This document shows positions 1 to 11,441 of a DNA stretch of 64,000 nt, in pieces. Source of the stretch: Guillardia theta CCMP2712. Taxonomy: Eukaryota > Protista > Cryptophyta. How positions within the stretch are numbered: position 1 is the first letter of the stretch; every line of letters begins with the position of its first letter. The stretch spans positions 124,001-188,000 of the forward strand of contig NW_005434672.1 in the NCBI RefSeq assembly GCF_000315625.1, read 5' to 3'. Below the pieces are notes generated by a model. That model was not told the origin of the DNA. It searched no databases and was given only the letters and a program-made list of their open reading frames with translations. Made by a program: the position numbers and the translations under genes.

Positions 1-59
1 CTTCAAGTTTTCAGTCCGACAATAAAAGGCTGGCAACTTTTACACTGTCGCACATGATC

Positions 60-300
60 AGCACAGGCCGGCCCTGGCCCCGCGAAGTAGAGTTGTTCCG
101 GTGCCGCAGTGCCACCGTCACCGTGGCAACCTCGGAGTGAGGCTTGACCGTCGGACTCATCGGGTGCCCGGCAAGGCCCGGCGGTGAGCCTTAGACGGTC
201 AGGCCCTGAGTCGCCGCGGCCCGTCCGACGGTCCGACCGTACCGGTCGGAACTTCGGAAGTCACCGTAGTGACCCGGGCCCGGGCCGGGTGGCAATCATT
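60..300. other. GC-rich word-mosaic island 1
   Basis: AACTTCGGAA at 250, GACCGTACCGGTC, GTCACCGTGGC, CCCGGGCCCGGG. Confidence 0.8.
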
Positions 301-436
301 GATGGCATGGAATCAAGGCAGCAGTATCATAAGTTTCAATAGAGTTAATAAGCAAGCATCACGATTAAAAAAGGTAAACTACCGCAAATCCGACGCTGTA
401 AATTACATTATGGCATGCCCACTGGCATACAGCAAT

Positions 437-1489
437 CTAACAACAAACTTCGTCAAAGTTTGATACATCGTCCTGAAAGATGTCCTCGACATCCTTCGCA
501 CTCGCAGCAAGGAAGTCATTCCTTGCCCACAACGAAGAGCTCAAAGATCCGCTCCTAGAAAGAGCAGTAGGAAAGTTTGCCAGATCCATAGAGCTTGCGT
601 CGCATGTCTCCTGCAGCGCTTCTAAGTACACTGAGTTGTCGTTCGCGCTGGCGTCTGGAATCAGCAAAGAGAATCCTGACATATCTTCTGTAGCTAAGCG
701 ATCCTGCGCTATTTGCACTTCTGGCTTCTCCTCGTTGACGGCTTGTGATGAGCCAGGTTCAGGCTTGACTTCGGCCTGCGCGTTGGAGGGGGTCTGCTCT
801 TCGCTGTTGGTTATCTCGATTGACGAAAGGGGTGACTGTGCATCAGATTGTTCCTCCTGCTTGGCTTGGACATCCTTGCCATGAACACAAAGCCTTCGCT
901 CTCTGTGGCGACGCTGAGCCTCTCGGTTCTGCCTCCTTCGCTTCTCCTTCCTCCACTCCTCAAGCGTCATCGTCTCTGGTCGAATGTCAAGAAAATCGTA
1001 TCGGGTATAGTCCTCAATGTAGCAGCTGCTCCTCTTCCTGTCCATGCACTTGGAGAAGGCATCTGCGTTGCAGTCTGCTTTGCCACGCCCTGGAATCCAA
1101 GAGGACGAAGGCGCAGAGCGAGAATCCGGACCAAGCTTCTTGGACGCGTTGTTAGGATCGCTCATCAGCTCAGTGACCCTATGCTTCAATGCATTGTTTT
1201 CCGACCTGAGACGCTCGATCTCGCCTTCAGCCACGGCGATACGCTGCAACAAGGCCTCGTTGTGCGACACAACCGCGGTCAGGTTCGATTCTAGCCGCTG
1301 CACGTACGACCGTGCTTGATCCCTTGACTTCTTGGCAGCGAGACGGTTCTTGATGGTACGAACACGGTTCTTGATTTCTTTAGCTGAATCATCTTCAGGG
1401 GTTTCTGCCTCATCGCCCTTTTTCTGATTTTTCAACAGCATGCTGAGCTCCTGCTCCAACAACTCGTGTGGTTGGCAAGGCTTCCTCAT
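437..1489 (-). CDS. bZIP transcription factor with a second, zipperless basic region (paralogue 1), intronless
   Basis: 350-aa ORF; NRVRTIKNRLAAKKSRDQARSYVQRLE followed by a heptad coiled coil; second basic motif RKEKRRRQNREAQRRHRERR; TATA-like TATAAAAA on the minus strand near 1830. Confidence 0.9.
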   Translation of the reverse strand: MRKPCQPHELLEQELSMLLKNQKKGDEAETPEDDSAKEIKNRVRTIKNRLAAKKSRDQARSYVQRLESNLTAVVSHNEALLQRIAVAEGEIERLRSENNALKHRVTELMSDPNNASKKLGPDSRSAPSSSWIPGRGKADCNADAFSKCMDRKRSSCYIEDYTRYDFLDIRPETMTLEEWRKEKRRRQNREAQRRHRERRLCVHGKDVQAKQEEQSDAQSPLSSIEITNSEEQTPSNAQAEVKPEPGSSQAVNEEKPEVQIAQDRLATEDMSGFSLLIPDASANDNSVYLEALQETCDASSMDLANFPTALSRSGSLSSSLWARNDFLAASAKDVEDIFQDDVSNFDEVCC

Positions 1490-4400
1490 TCCTACGGAGT
1501 TCTGATGTAAGAGAGCCAGCTTGGCTTTTTTCTTGTTTCAGTGGATGTTTTTTCTCGAAAGTGATCAAACACTTCTATGGATTCTGTCAAGGGGAGTCCC
1601 TCGGTACTTGCTCGCTGCGAATCTCTTTTCGAACTGTCGCGCCAACCGATCAATGTCAAGGTCCACTCAAGATCTACAAACCAAGAGTCTATCGCCAGTG
1701 CTTGCAATACTAACTATCTCCTGAAGCTGTTGCAGGTCAGTCTGTCCCTGTATCTTGTGTTTCTGCTGGACACACTTTGTTCGTGTGGGTCGCGATGGTC
1801 CTCTGCCTACTGCCCTCGGTCGTCGCGTTTTTATACCGGATGCCCCATGTGGCTCTAAATCGAAGCGCCCTATCACCCCACCCTATGGCAAATCGTCCAT
1901 GTTGAATCTTACACCCACCACCCGGGTCTTCCCCCTGCCACCTGTATTCTCCTGACCGGGTTTCCGTAATTGAAGTCCAGTAGATGGTGGGGTAGTGAGT
2001 TCGTCAAAAAGCACTTTGGGCTTTAATTTAAGGCCACCCCCAACACTTCCGTCCGCCATGGCGCTCGTCAGGTTACTTGGTCACGGTACCCCACGCAGTC
2101 CAATCCAAGAGTTGGCTCGAATCTCACAATTCTAAAATAAGAAAATACGCCATTCTGCGATAGAATTACAACTCAACATTTCAGTTGGCGAGTAGTGACT
2201 GATTTTGAGGGTACTAACTAGGCTGATCGATGACCTTTGAACACGCCAATGCATTGAAGCCGGAGGATCGGCGCTGATGAGGTCATGCTCTCATACTATT
2301 TTCACTCAACTTTCCTTCTTCTCTTAGTCAGCGCGATGACTCTACGTGACCCTCTTACTCCTACCCCATGACTATTCCGTGAAAAGTAGTCTTTTGGCAT
2401 CCCGTCGATGATTCGATCACCCCCCACCTCCCTTCCATCGACCGGTCATTGACCTGTGCCTTAGGAGATGTTCTCCTCCTCCCCCAATCTCAAAGGGCGA
2501 AAAGAAGTCTTTTGATTCTCACACTTGCCCTATCTTGTATCCCCTGTTGCCGTCGTGCGGGTCTACATGTCTACTATGAGGCCCCAACGATCTCTTGATT
2601 CTGATCATATGACAAAGTCGGACCCCTGTCACCCTGTCTCCACTGCAAGCCCCCGGCGGTCATGGGCCGCCCGTACCGTAAAGTCACGTCCCTCGCCCAT
2701 CTACCCCTACCTACCTTAGCGAAAATAAGACTACATACCCTCCACCCCATCCGAGACCAGAATACGTATGAGTGACGGCATCGTCAAAGGATGACCCCAG
2801 CCCCCTACTTGATACGTCACAATGCAAGTTTTTGAAGAAGCCTGGCTTGCCGTGGCAGACACCTCCGGTAACCCCCACCCCTTTGCACTAAAGGCAACAA
2901 CCGTCGGACCCCACCCCTTTCTCACACCTCCAGAACCGTTGTGAATGCAATCTTATACCCGTGAAATTACAACCACCCCCATCAGCGATTGGTTCACCCC
3001 TACCAGCCTATCTGTCGCACCCTCCGTTACAGAGTCATGTGGTGTCATCACCCTGCCACGAATGATCACGACGATCTCACGCTGACAACCTTGTGTGGTA
3101 AAACTGGGAGAAGGAAAAAAGAAATAAAAAGAACAAAAAAAGAATGAAAATGAGTTGGTACATGACGATGAAATGCAGTCATCGCCTGCCTATTCTATTC
3201 TTACTTGGCTACTTTTACTGTCTGTTTCCTTTTGTACTTGTGCCAACTTTCAAATCTCATCGTATCTGGACGTGCGCAGGTGACAGCAGCACGAGAGGAT
3301 ATGGAGGAGGAAGGGTAGAGCAAGGATGGGGCAGGGTGGGAGGGGGTCTTGAAGGAGCAACACGAAGAGGCCTCTTTGTCAGATCGACCGTCGTATACAT
3401 GGCGATGACTGCCATGATGCTCCCGTGAGCTTGGGGGCAGTCATAACGTGTTGCTGAGTAAACCTGCTTTAGATCCCCCCATACCTGCAGTCCAACCCCG
3501 CACTCATGCAGGAAGAGGTGTCTTAAGAGACCTGCCGTGCTGGATGGAGCCTTGAGGGCGCAGATGACAGCTATTCAATCTTTTGTCCAACCTGTTTGAT
3601 GCTGTACGAAAAGGACATTGGTCAGTGGAATGCGAGCAAGCATCGCATATCTACCAGTTGTTCCCTTCTTCTTGCAACAGGCTGGCTTGCACGCCATCCT
3701 TATCCTCGCATCCTTTCAACTCGAATCCTTCAAGTGATATTCGTTCACCTGCAGTTCGAGATTTCCCTCTCGATGTGTTGTTGTCGCCGATGATGTCGCT
3801 CGTGGTTGCCTCCGATGCCGTCTGTCCTCGCCATCTCACATGAGTCTTTGATTCTCTTACCCGCTGCACTCTAGTAAGCTTGTCTTATATGGGAAAGGAA
3901 AGCATCGTTTTCAACTTCTTTGTTACGTTTTGGTCGCTCATCGATTCGTTCAGGCTTGTCTCCTACGACTATTCTTTTATTGTGGTCAGACTCTTCGTCC
4001 TGATCATCTTGTCATGCTATCAAGTTGAAACTGTTTTCCCATCTCGTCATTTTCAAGCATGTGTACCCTGTCCGTGTCACGATCGTTGCACGTCTGGCAG
4101 TCTTCTCAAAGGTGCTGTACTGCACTTGTTCTCATTGGCAAGACGCGAATCTCTATCATCACGATACTTCCTGTGGATCAGATACTTCCAAGGCTCGTGT
4201 CATTTCGCAAAGTGTGTGGCTGGATTGCAGCATGAGTTGTCAGTCGCCCAACTCATGATTGGATTGTTAAGCAAGCAGGCGGGCGGGCGGGCGGGCGGGC
4301 GGGCGGGCGGGCGGGCAGGAAGGGAGGCAGACAGTGTCAATCCCTTCATTCCTGTTTTACTTTTCATTTCATCTCTTGCTCTCTCAGTGTATACCTACAC

Positions 4401-4949
4401 CGCCTCCTCAGTTTTGGGCCTCCTTTGACTTGCATCAATGAGTCAAACAACTTGACTCATGCTGTGAGAAACTCCGGGCTGCTCTTGCGTCAGTAGCTTG
4501 GCAGCTCGTCTTTGTGCCTGCTGTTTGACTTGTTTGTCTCTGCCATGATCGCCCAGTCATCTCGCTTTGTTTGTCTCTGCCATGATGGCCCAGTCATCTC
4601 CCTTGACGTTTTTGTTGTTACACTCGTTCGTGCTCGAGGGGTTGTTTTTCGAACGTGAACTCATTCTATGGATTGATTTGATATTATGTGAGGTTTACAA
4701 GGTTGAAGTGACAAAAGTAAGGAGGGATAGTTTTAGATGACCAACAAAATACGGTATGAGAAAGATTTCATGACTCTGGAATAGATGGATTGATGAAATA
4801 GACGATTGTTGAGAGGATAGACTGATCGAATTGTTGATTGATCGATGGACTTGACTTGTTGAGGTGTGTGATAAGGAAAGATTGGGTTGATGAATCCATC
4901 TATCATGTTTCTAATTGTATTTCTTTGCAATTGCCATGGCAGGTTCCTC

Positions 4950-5500
4950 CTTATTGTATCCTCTTTGTTGTTAACCCTTCCCTACCTCTTCTGTCTTGGT
5001 TTTCATTTCCCGTGTTTTGATTCATACAAGACCTTTCATGTCCGCTCATCCTCCTTTTCTGATCCCTGCACTTCTTTGTTCTCAGTTGTCCTGGTTGTCT
5101 GCTCTTTACCCTTCAATCTTTATTCTTGGTTCTTTGTCCTGTCCTTCATGCTTCCTTTCCTCTCTTGCTTTGTTTTTCCCTCTTGTTTCTCTTTCCCTCC
5201 TTGTCTTTTGCGTTCCGTATTCTCCGTCTTGTTTCCCTTCTTTCTACTTTCACCATTATTTTATTGATCTATCGTATTTTTCCTTCTTCCTTTCTTCAAT
5301 CCTCTTATGTTCAACTTTCTCATTCCCTTGCTCTTTTTATCCCTTTCTTCATACTTTCTTCTCCCGTTCTTCTCGCTTCCATCTGCCATGCACCTGCTTT
5401 TTGTTTTTCCTCTACTTCCTTTTCTTTCTCACTTTCAATCTTTTCTCCGTTCTTCCTTCTAATTTTCTCTTTCAATCTGTATTATTGTGTTTTGTTATGA
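4950..5500. repeat. T/C-rich low-complexity tract
   Basis: Almost pure pyrimidine on the + strand; overlapping ORFs are F/S/L artefacts. Confidence 0.8.
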
Positions 5501-6431
5501 CGTCAATGCCTGGAAGTCCCTGTTCGCTTCTATCATACACTTGTTCTAATATTTGACCTTTACCAGCTAGCAGATCTTCGCCAGATTGCTTTGTTCTTAA
5601 CACTACTAGATTTACGGTCTTTCTGTCTTTCGCTTTGCTTGAGCATATCAAATCTATTGGTTATTCCATTGGTGTTGGAGTTCCAATTCAACAGCTTGTA
5701 AGCGCTTGTTGCTCTCTCAAATTTCACACATTCATCATCATTCTGTTTTTTTTTCCATACATAGTAAGTTGTGAGCTCTAAAATGAGAGAACGAAGCAAA
5801 GGTCGTCTGTGAAGCGTCTTTCCACAGGTTTGTAATAATTGTCAAAAATTTTGGGAAAAGAAGTAATTTGTTGATCAAATTGTGTATCAAGTCGTGTATG
5901 AAAGACGAATGAAGACTGTACTGCAAGACGGCATACTCAGTCCTGTTATCGTCTTCTCACTGAGATGTTTGCTGCTCATGGTCACACTGTCACGCCTGGG
6001 ACTTCCTCCCCCTCGAACATCTGTTTCTGGATTTCCCCAGGGTCTCAAATTAAACTTGGATTTGCCACACTGACAAACTCCAAAGTTTGCAGCATTTAAT
6101 CACAGAAAAGAATTAGATACCTGTTGTCCGCATGTGAGAAGAGCTTGAAGTAGAAAATACAGTGTGATGTAATCGGTTATCTTTGCAATTTTTTTTTAGA
6201 ATTTTACGTTGTTTATTTTCAATAAAGAATGACAGAAGCCGCTACAATATGTTCTAGAGCAAACACACACACAAACAGATAGCAAGCACGACAATGAAAT
6301 AAGCATTCGCTCTTTTGAAGAGCAAATCTATTATCCTCGCAGATATTGCGAAGATGACGGGGGCGACAACTTTAAGGTTTCTTTATTGATTAAGGGGGTA
6401 TGTTGTTCGCGATAGTAGGGAGGCATCCGTA

Positions 6432-7511
6432 TCAATCATCAAAACTGCCTACGGCATGCCACATTTCTTCAACCTCTTTGCTCAGGTTCCCAGAAGACGA
6501 CTGGCGGGAGAGCGCCAGGTTGCCGGTTGAAGAAGATCGAGACAGCGAAGCCGGGAAGGTGTTGATGTCGAAGATAGGGTGAGAAGCAGCCGTGTGCTGA
6601 TGATCTGGTGCCAAGATCCCAAAGTCATGACCGATGATTCGATCATCGACAGTGTCATGAGGCCTGAGGCTGACCCCGCCAACGCCACCAGCCTGAGTCC
6701 ACTCCGCAAGCTCCATCTCAGGCTTCAAAGTATTCATTGCAAGCCACTGAGCAGTCTGCAGGCCTCCATCGAACTGAAACTTTGGTTGCATGTCCCTGCT
6801 CTGCTGGCATAGCTGCCTTTCCCTGTGCCTGCGCTGGGCTTCGCGATTCTGCCTCCTCCTCTTCTCTTTCCGCCATTCTTCAGAGCCGAGGTCTGCATCA
6901 GGACATTCGATGTCGTCCTTATTCTTGTTGGTATCGAACATAGATAGACCAAAACGTTCCTTGATCTCTTTAGAGACGAGAGAGAGATCTCCTTTCCCCG
7001 TACCGTGTTCATCCTGGCTGTCAATGTCACAAACTGGCGGTGCCGAAATGCTGCTGCCCATCCCAAACAAAGCCGCGAGGTGAATGGGCTGAGCCGACGA
7101 GTGAGTTGCGCTGACATCAGTTCCGCTTTTGAGCATATTCTTGGCGAGGTCAACCGTGCTTGCTTCATCTTGTGACCCGGGAACTTTGCGCTTGAGTACT
7201 GTGTTTTCAGATCGGAGGGATTCGTTTTCTGATTCGGCAATCGCAAGTCGCTGAGCAAGAGCTTCATTTTGAGCAGCCATCGAGGCGAGGCTGCCTTCAA
7301 GCTTCTGCACGTATGTTCTAGCTTGATCACGAGACTTCTTTGCTGCCAGTCGGTTTTTGATGGTTCGGACACGGTTCTTTATCTCCCGCGCCATGTCAAG
7401 CTCACAGCCTCTCATCATCGCTGCTGCACTTTCTTCCACTCGTTTCTGCGTCTGAAGCAAGATGCTGAGCTCTTGCTCCAGAACTGCATGCGGTTGGCAG
7501 GGTCTGCGCAT
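6432..7511 (-). CDS. bZIP transcription factor with a second basic region (paralogue 2), intronless
   Basis: 359-aa ORF with the same N-terminus (MRRPCQPHAVLEQEL), identical basic region NRVRTIKNRLAAKKSRDQAR and EEWRKEKRRRQNREAQRRHRER. Confidence 0.9.
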   Translation of the reverse strand: MRRPCQPHAVLEQELSILLQTQKRVEESAAAMMRGCELDMAREIKNRVRTIKNRLAAKKSRDQARTYVQKLEGSLASMAAQNEALAQRLAIAESENESLRSENTVLKRKVPGSQDEASTVDLAKNMLKSGTDVSATHSSAQPIHLAALFGMGSSISAPPVCDIDSQDEHGTGKGDLSLVSKEIKERFGLSMFDTNKNKDDIECPDADLGSEEWRKEKRRRQNREAQRRHRERQLCQQSRDMQPKFQFDGGLQTAQWLAMNTLKPEMELAEWTQAGGVGGVSLRPHDTVDDRIIGHDFGILAPDHQHTAASHPIFDINTFPASLSRSSSTGNLALSRQSSSGNLSKEVEEMWHAVGSFDD

Positions 7512-9049
7512 TTTGGTATGTGAATATGCCGATGTTTGTGAATTACAGTAAGGAGTTCACAATCTTGTTGGCCGAAGAGCTTGTTGTTGATTGATGGGAG
7601 GAGAGAAGGAGAAATAGTAGCAGGATGGGAGGAGAAGAGGAGGAGTGAGGGGCAAGGTCTCTAGGTACGTTGAGACAGCGTGGGAGCAGGAAGCGGAAGG
7701 GGGCTTGAGGGGATGGAGCTATTAGTACTCCCCGCTATTTGTCTCCCCGACGAATAGGGTGGTGGACGGTGCATGTACTTGGTGGGTCGGGTAGTCGGAT
7801 TCTCCAGGGTAGGGTGGTACTTTTTAGATTCGGAACTAGGGTCATGGTCTCCAGAGGGGTAGGGTGATGAATTGGATCTGTACCAGGCTACAGGGGTGAA
7901 TGAAGAGCCTGGGGTTGGTAGGGGTGTTTTAGTGGGGGGTAGGTCAGGTTTAAAAATAATGAAGGGACGCAAAGACCCTAGAGGGCTTTAACGCCACATG
8001 GAGCAGGGGTGGGGTGAAGGTTGTGATACATGCTGTCTGCTATATGCTCATATGCTCTAGGAGAAGGCTACCCGGTCAAATATTATCATCTTTCTATACC
8101 AATGTAAGACCCCTGATAGCGGAAGGTTGGCCTTTGCAATCACTCACAAGGTTTAGGGTATTTCTCACGGGGGTCATACTTGAAAGGGGGTACTAGGATC
8201 CAGGGGTGGCATATCATACGTGTCAATCTGGCAGAAAACGAAGCAAAGCTGCAGATTTGGAGTAGGGGTGGGCAACCGATTTGGAGGGGGTGGGGTATTT
8301 TGATGAGGAGTAGGTAGGGGTAGTTCCGTCGAAATCAGACTAGTGGGGAGAGAGGCATGGGACAAGCCATCACTGCAATGTACCCCTTGTTATAAGGGTA
8401 AATCAGAGAATAAAGACTGGTAGGGTGGTCCGCATTATTCTCTTTTTTGAAAATATTTTTCGGACTTCTTTAGATCATGATTTGAGCGGCATGCTCAGAT
8501 ATCGAAGCGACGAGATACAGGAACGTTTGGCCTTCTGACTGACGCTCTTCGTCTCCTTGGATGGATATTCCATTTCATCATGGCGTTCATTTCAGTATAT
8601 CACGTATGCACGACACGCCATCTCGGACTTTAGGAGCTCCGAGACTGCTGATGCAACGTATCACCAATGACTGGGTCACCAATTCATAACCCATCACCTC
8701 TCCACCACCCCTCAGTTTGAGCAAAACTACCCTCACTGGGTCGATTTTTAGTCAAAGATCCTATCCGCATGGCACTAAGTTTTACTTATCTCGCGCAATC
8801 ATCCCCTGTAGTAAACGTCTGGCAGGGGGCAAAAGTTCTATTCGAGGATGGGAGGTGTCCCCAGTATGCCTCTGGTAGGACCTACTCTTAGGAACTCTGA
8901 TAGGAACTAGCTGCGCCCATGGCGGGGAGGTGGGCCACATAATTAGCACCTGCGCCTTGAGCAAGGCGGCGACACGTTGAGCGGGTGACGTGAAGAGGTT
9001 CGCAACTCCGACGATTGCGGGCGCCCCCTTATACGTATCGCCAGCTGAC

Positions 9050-9500
9050 GGCGACACCTTCCGCGGCTCCCCGAGTCCCCCACGGTCTCCGGGTAACGGC
9101 CCGTAATCCGACTCCGGGCCCGGCCGCCGGCGACTTTCAAGTTTCAGCCCGGCCGCCCGGCCCGCGGCCTCGGGCCGTGCGGCATCTCGGCTGAATCCGT
9201 TCGCCGCCGAGGTACTCGTGAACTCATGATTGGAAGCCTCCTACTAGGCTAGGCTCGTTCGCCGGCAGAGTTCAACTGCGACAGTGTCCCGGCTCAGGAG
9301 GGTCAAGCCTCGAGTCCGGCTCCTCGACCGTCTCTCCTTATTGTCCTCGTACGCCAAACGGCGAGTAGGTCAGGGTCGGTGGCAAGCAGCCGCTGCCCGT
9401 GCCCTCCGAACTTCGCTGGACTCTACGCCGGTTGTGACGGGCGTTAGCTTCATTTAGAGTCCCTGCTCACCGGTCACCGCCGGTCACCGGGACAAGCTAC
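9050..9500. other. GC-rich word-mosaic island 2
   Basis: CCGGGCCCGG, TTTCAAGTTTCAG, TCATGAT, partial 45-bp motif CTCCTTATTGTCCTCGTAC near 9334. Confidence 0.75.
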
Positions 9501-10531
9501 GACAGACAACTCAACTTGATAACGTAGGCTGATAGGCCAAGTCCTCTCATCGATATGAAGGGCGATGCTAGCAAGCAAAGAATGACCGATTCTCGAGCTA
9601 TTCCAGGACACTGAAGAAGAACAAGGATTGCTACTGTGTTGCCTCAGTGACAAGGAAGCAGCTACGTCAAGAAATCCTGTGAGGTCCAAGGGGCAAGCAT
9701 AAGATTGGTCTATTCCTTGAGAGTCAGGACTATAAAAGAAGCTACACATGGTATGACCCTTGATACAAGTCAATTTCCGGAAGTTCTACTCCTCTCACCC
9801 ACTGGCACGTACGTAACACGGGTTGTTTCTCCGTTATCTGCTACTTCGAGTCGGAGTCCCTAGCATCCAGCCTCGGAGTACACCCTGGCTGCCAAAGTTG
9901 AACTTTTGATCAAAAATCAACGCTTTTGATCCAAACGTCTATTGCACAGTTAGTTTGTTGCCTCCATAGGATAATCTGCTAAGATTGTTTTGATCTTGGT
10001 TTCATTCCGTTCCTTGCTACACAATGACCCTGATGATCTTGTGTCCTGTTCATTCTGAAGAAGGAGCTATCTGTGCATGAAGAAAGAGGACGAGACTCTA
10101 GTCTTGGCTCTCGTCAATGTCAGATGGACTTCGGAATCTCAGAGGTCCAGTGTACTGCGTGCGTGGTGAAACAGACAGCCGTGAAATTCTGATCATGGCT
10201 GCTGGGTACGCTGTGCTCTTTTAGTTTCGTACTGGTTGTGTGAAGGAGGGTCAAAACCTCAGGGCATGGCTACAGCACACACGGACCGCTGGCTGTCGAG
10301 CGGAGAGACCCCGTGCTTGCGGGAGGGAGGGAGACGAGGAGGAGAAGCAACCTGACTGCAGGCAAGCGGACATTTACGTTTTAGGGGGAGGAAAAAAAGG
10401 GGTGGGTTAATCATGGACGGGTCATGAAAACTCATTTTGATGCAATACAATTAGGGTAGGGTGATAATCTTACAAACGTAGATAGGGGTAGGTGGGTTAG
10501 TTGTCAGGCATCAGATCTTTTACGTAAGGCC

Positions 10532-11264
10532 ATGGCACGACGAATGCTGATAGTGGCAGGGTGCTTGTTGGCATGTGCCGACGCCTTCATCTCCCCTAGC
10601 CCGATGGCTCCAGCATGCAGACCACAGCAGCACGCATGCCGACTCAGGTCTCAGGTGCTCCTGCGCTCTCCTCTGTGACGAGACCCCTGACTTGCAGGCA
10701 GAGATCAGCCATCAGGATGGGTTTGTTCGATGGAGTAGCCAAGGCGTTTCAGAATGCGCTGGCCAATGAAGATCTTCCTCCTGCAGGACCAGACGGCCTG
10801 TCTCAAGATCCGTGGATGAAGGGAGTGAGGAAGGCGATTACTATTTACTTCGTTAAGGACGGCGAGGTGGTTGCCCAAGGGGATGCACTTCCAGGAGATC
10901 TTCTCAACACGATCGCTTCTAAGTGCTGCGCATGCGCTCTCATTGCGTTTGGGAATGATGTGCCTTGTGCAGGGCTGGCGTTTCGCTGCGAGACACCGTG
11001 ATGATGAAGACTGATCAAGCTGATCTGCAAGTTCAATCCAAGACAGCAAGGATTCCTGCGCCAGGGAGGAGAAACATGATCTCGGACGAGGCGCTTCGTG
11101 ATGGAGACGAGATGCTAGAGACAGTAAGCGTGTATGATGCAGCAGCTGCTGACTGACGCCCACTACAGGGACTTTCTGCTCCTGTTTGGACTAACTATGC
11201 ATCCCGAGGGGAGGTACGGACAGTGAAGGAGAAGAAGGTTGAGTATTGGGTGTATCTAAGCTAA
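10532..11264 (+). CDS. Plastid-targeted hypothetical protein (bipartite presequence), 4 exons
   Basis: MARRMLIVAGCLLACADA-FISPSP signal peptide + Phe-initiated transit peptide; intron 10648-10697 (GT..CTGAC..AG) joins in frame to RQRSAIRMGLFDGVAKAF; two further short introns lead to ...KKVEYWVYLS* at 11262-11264. Confidence 0.75.
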
Positions 11265-11441
11265 GATGGGTGAGACAAGCAGAGGAAAGTAACTAGGCTT
11301 TGATTAAATGATCTCACTTTTCTTAGATCGTCATGAGTAAACTGAACAGCTTCCAAGTTGCAGTGATCATGAGAGGCACAGCATTACTCCTCGGTAGGTG
11401 TTGGAAGACTTGGTTGTATTTTCCTGTCTTGCATCAGCACA

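Noticed and set aside
4530-4600. 34-nt direct duplication
   Set aside because: Single local tandem duplication with no further copies seen
4887-5556. Hydrophobic 'membrane protein' ORFs
   Set aside because: Translation artefacts of a T/C low-complexity tract
437-7511. Aureochrome call for the bZIP genes
   Set aside because: No LOV motif (GRNCRFLQ) in either protein
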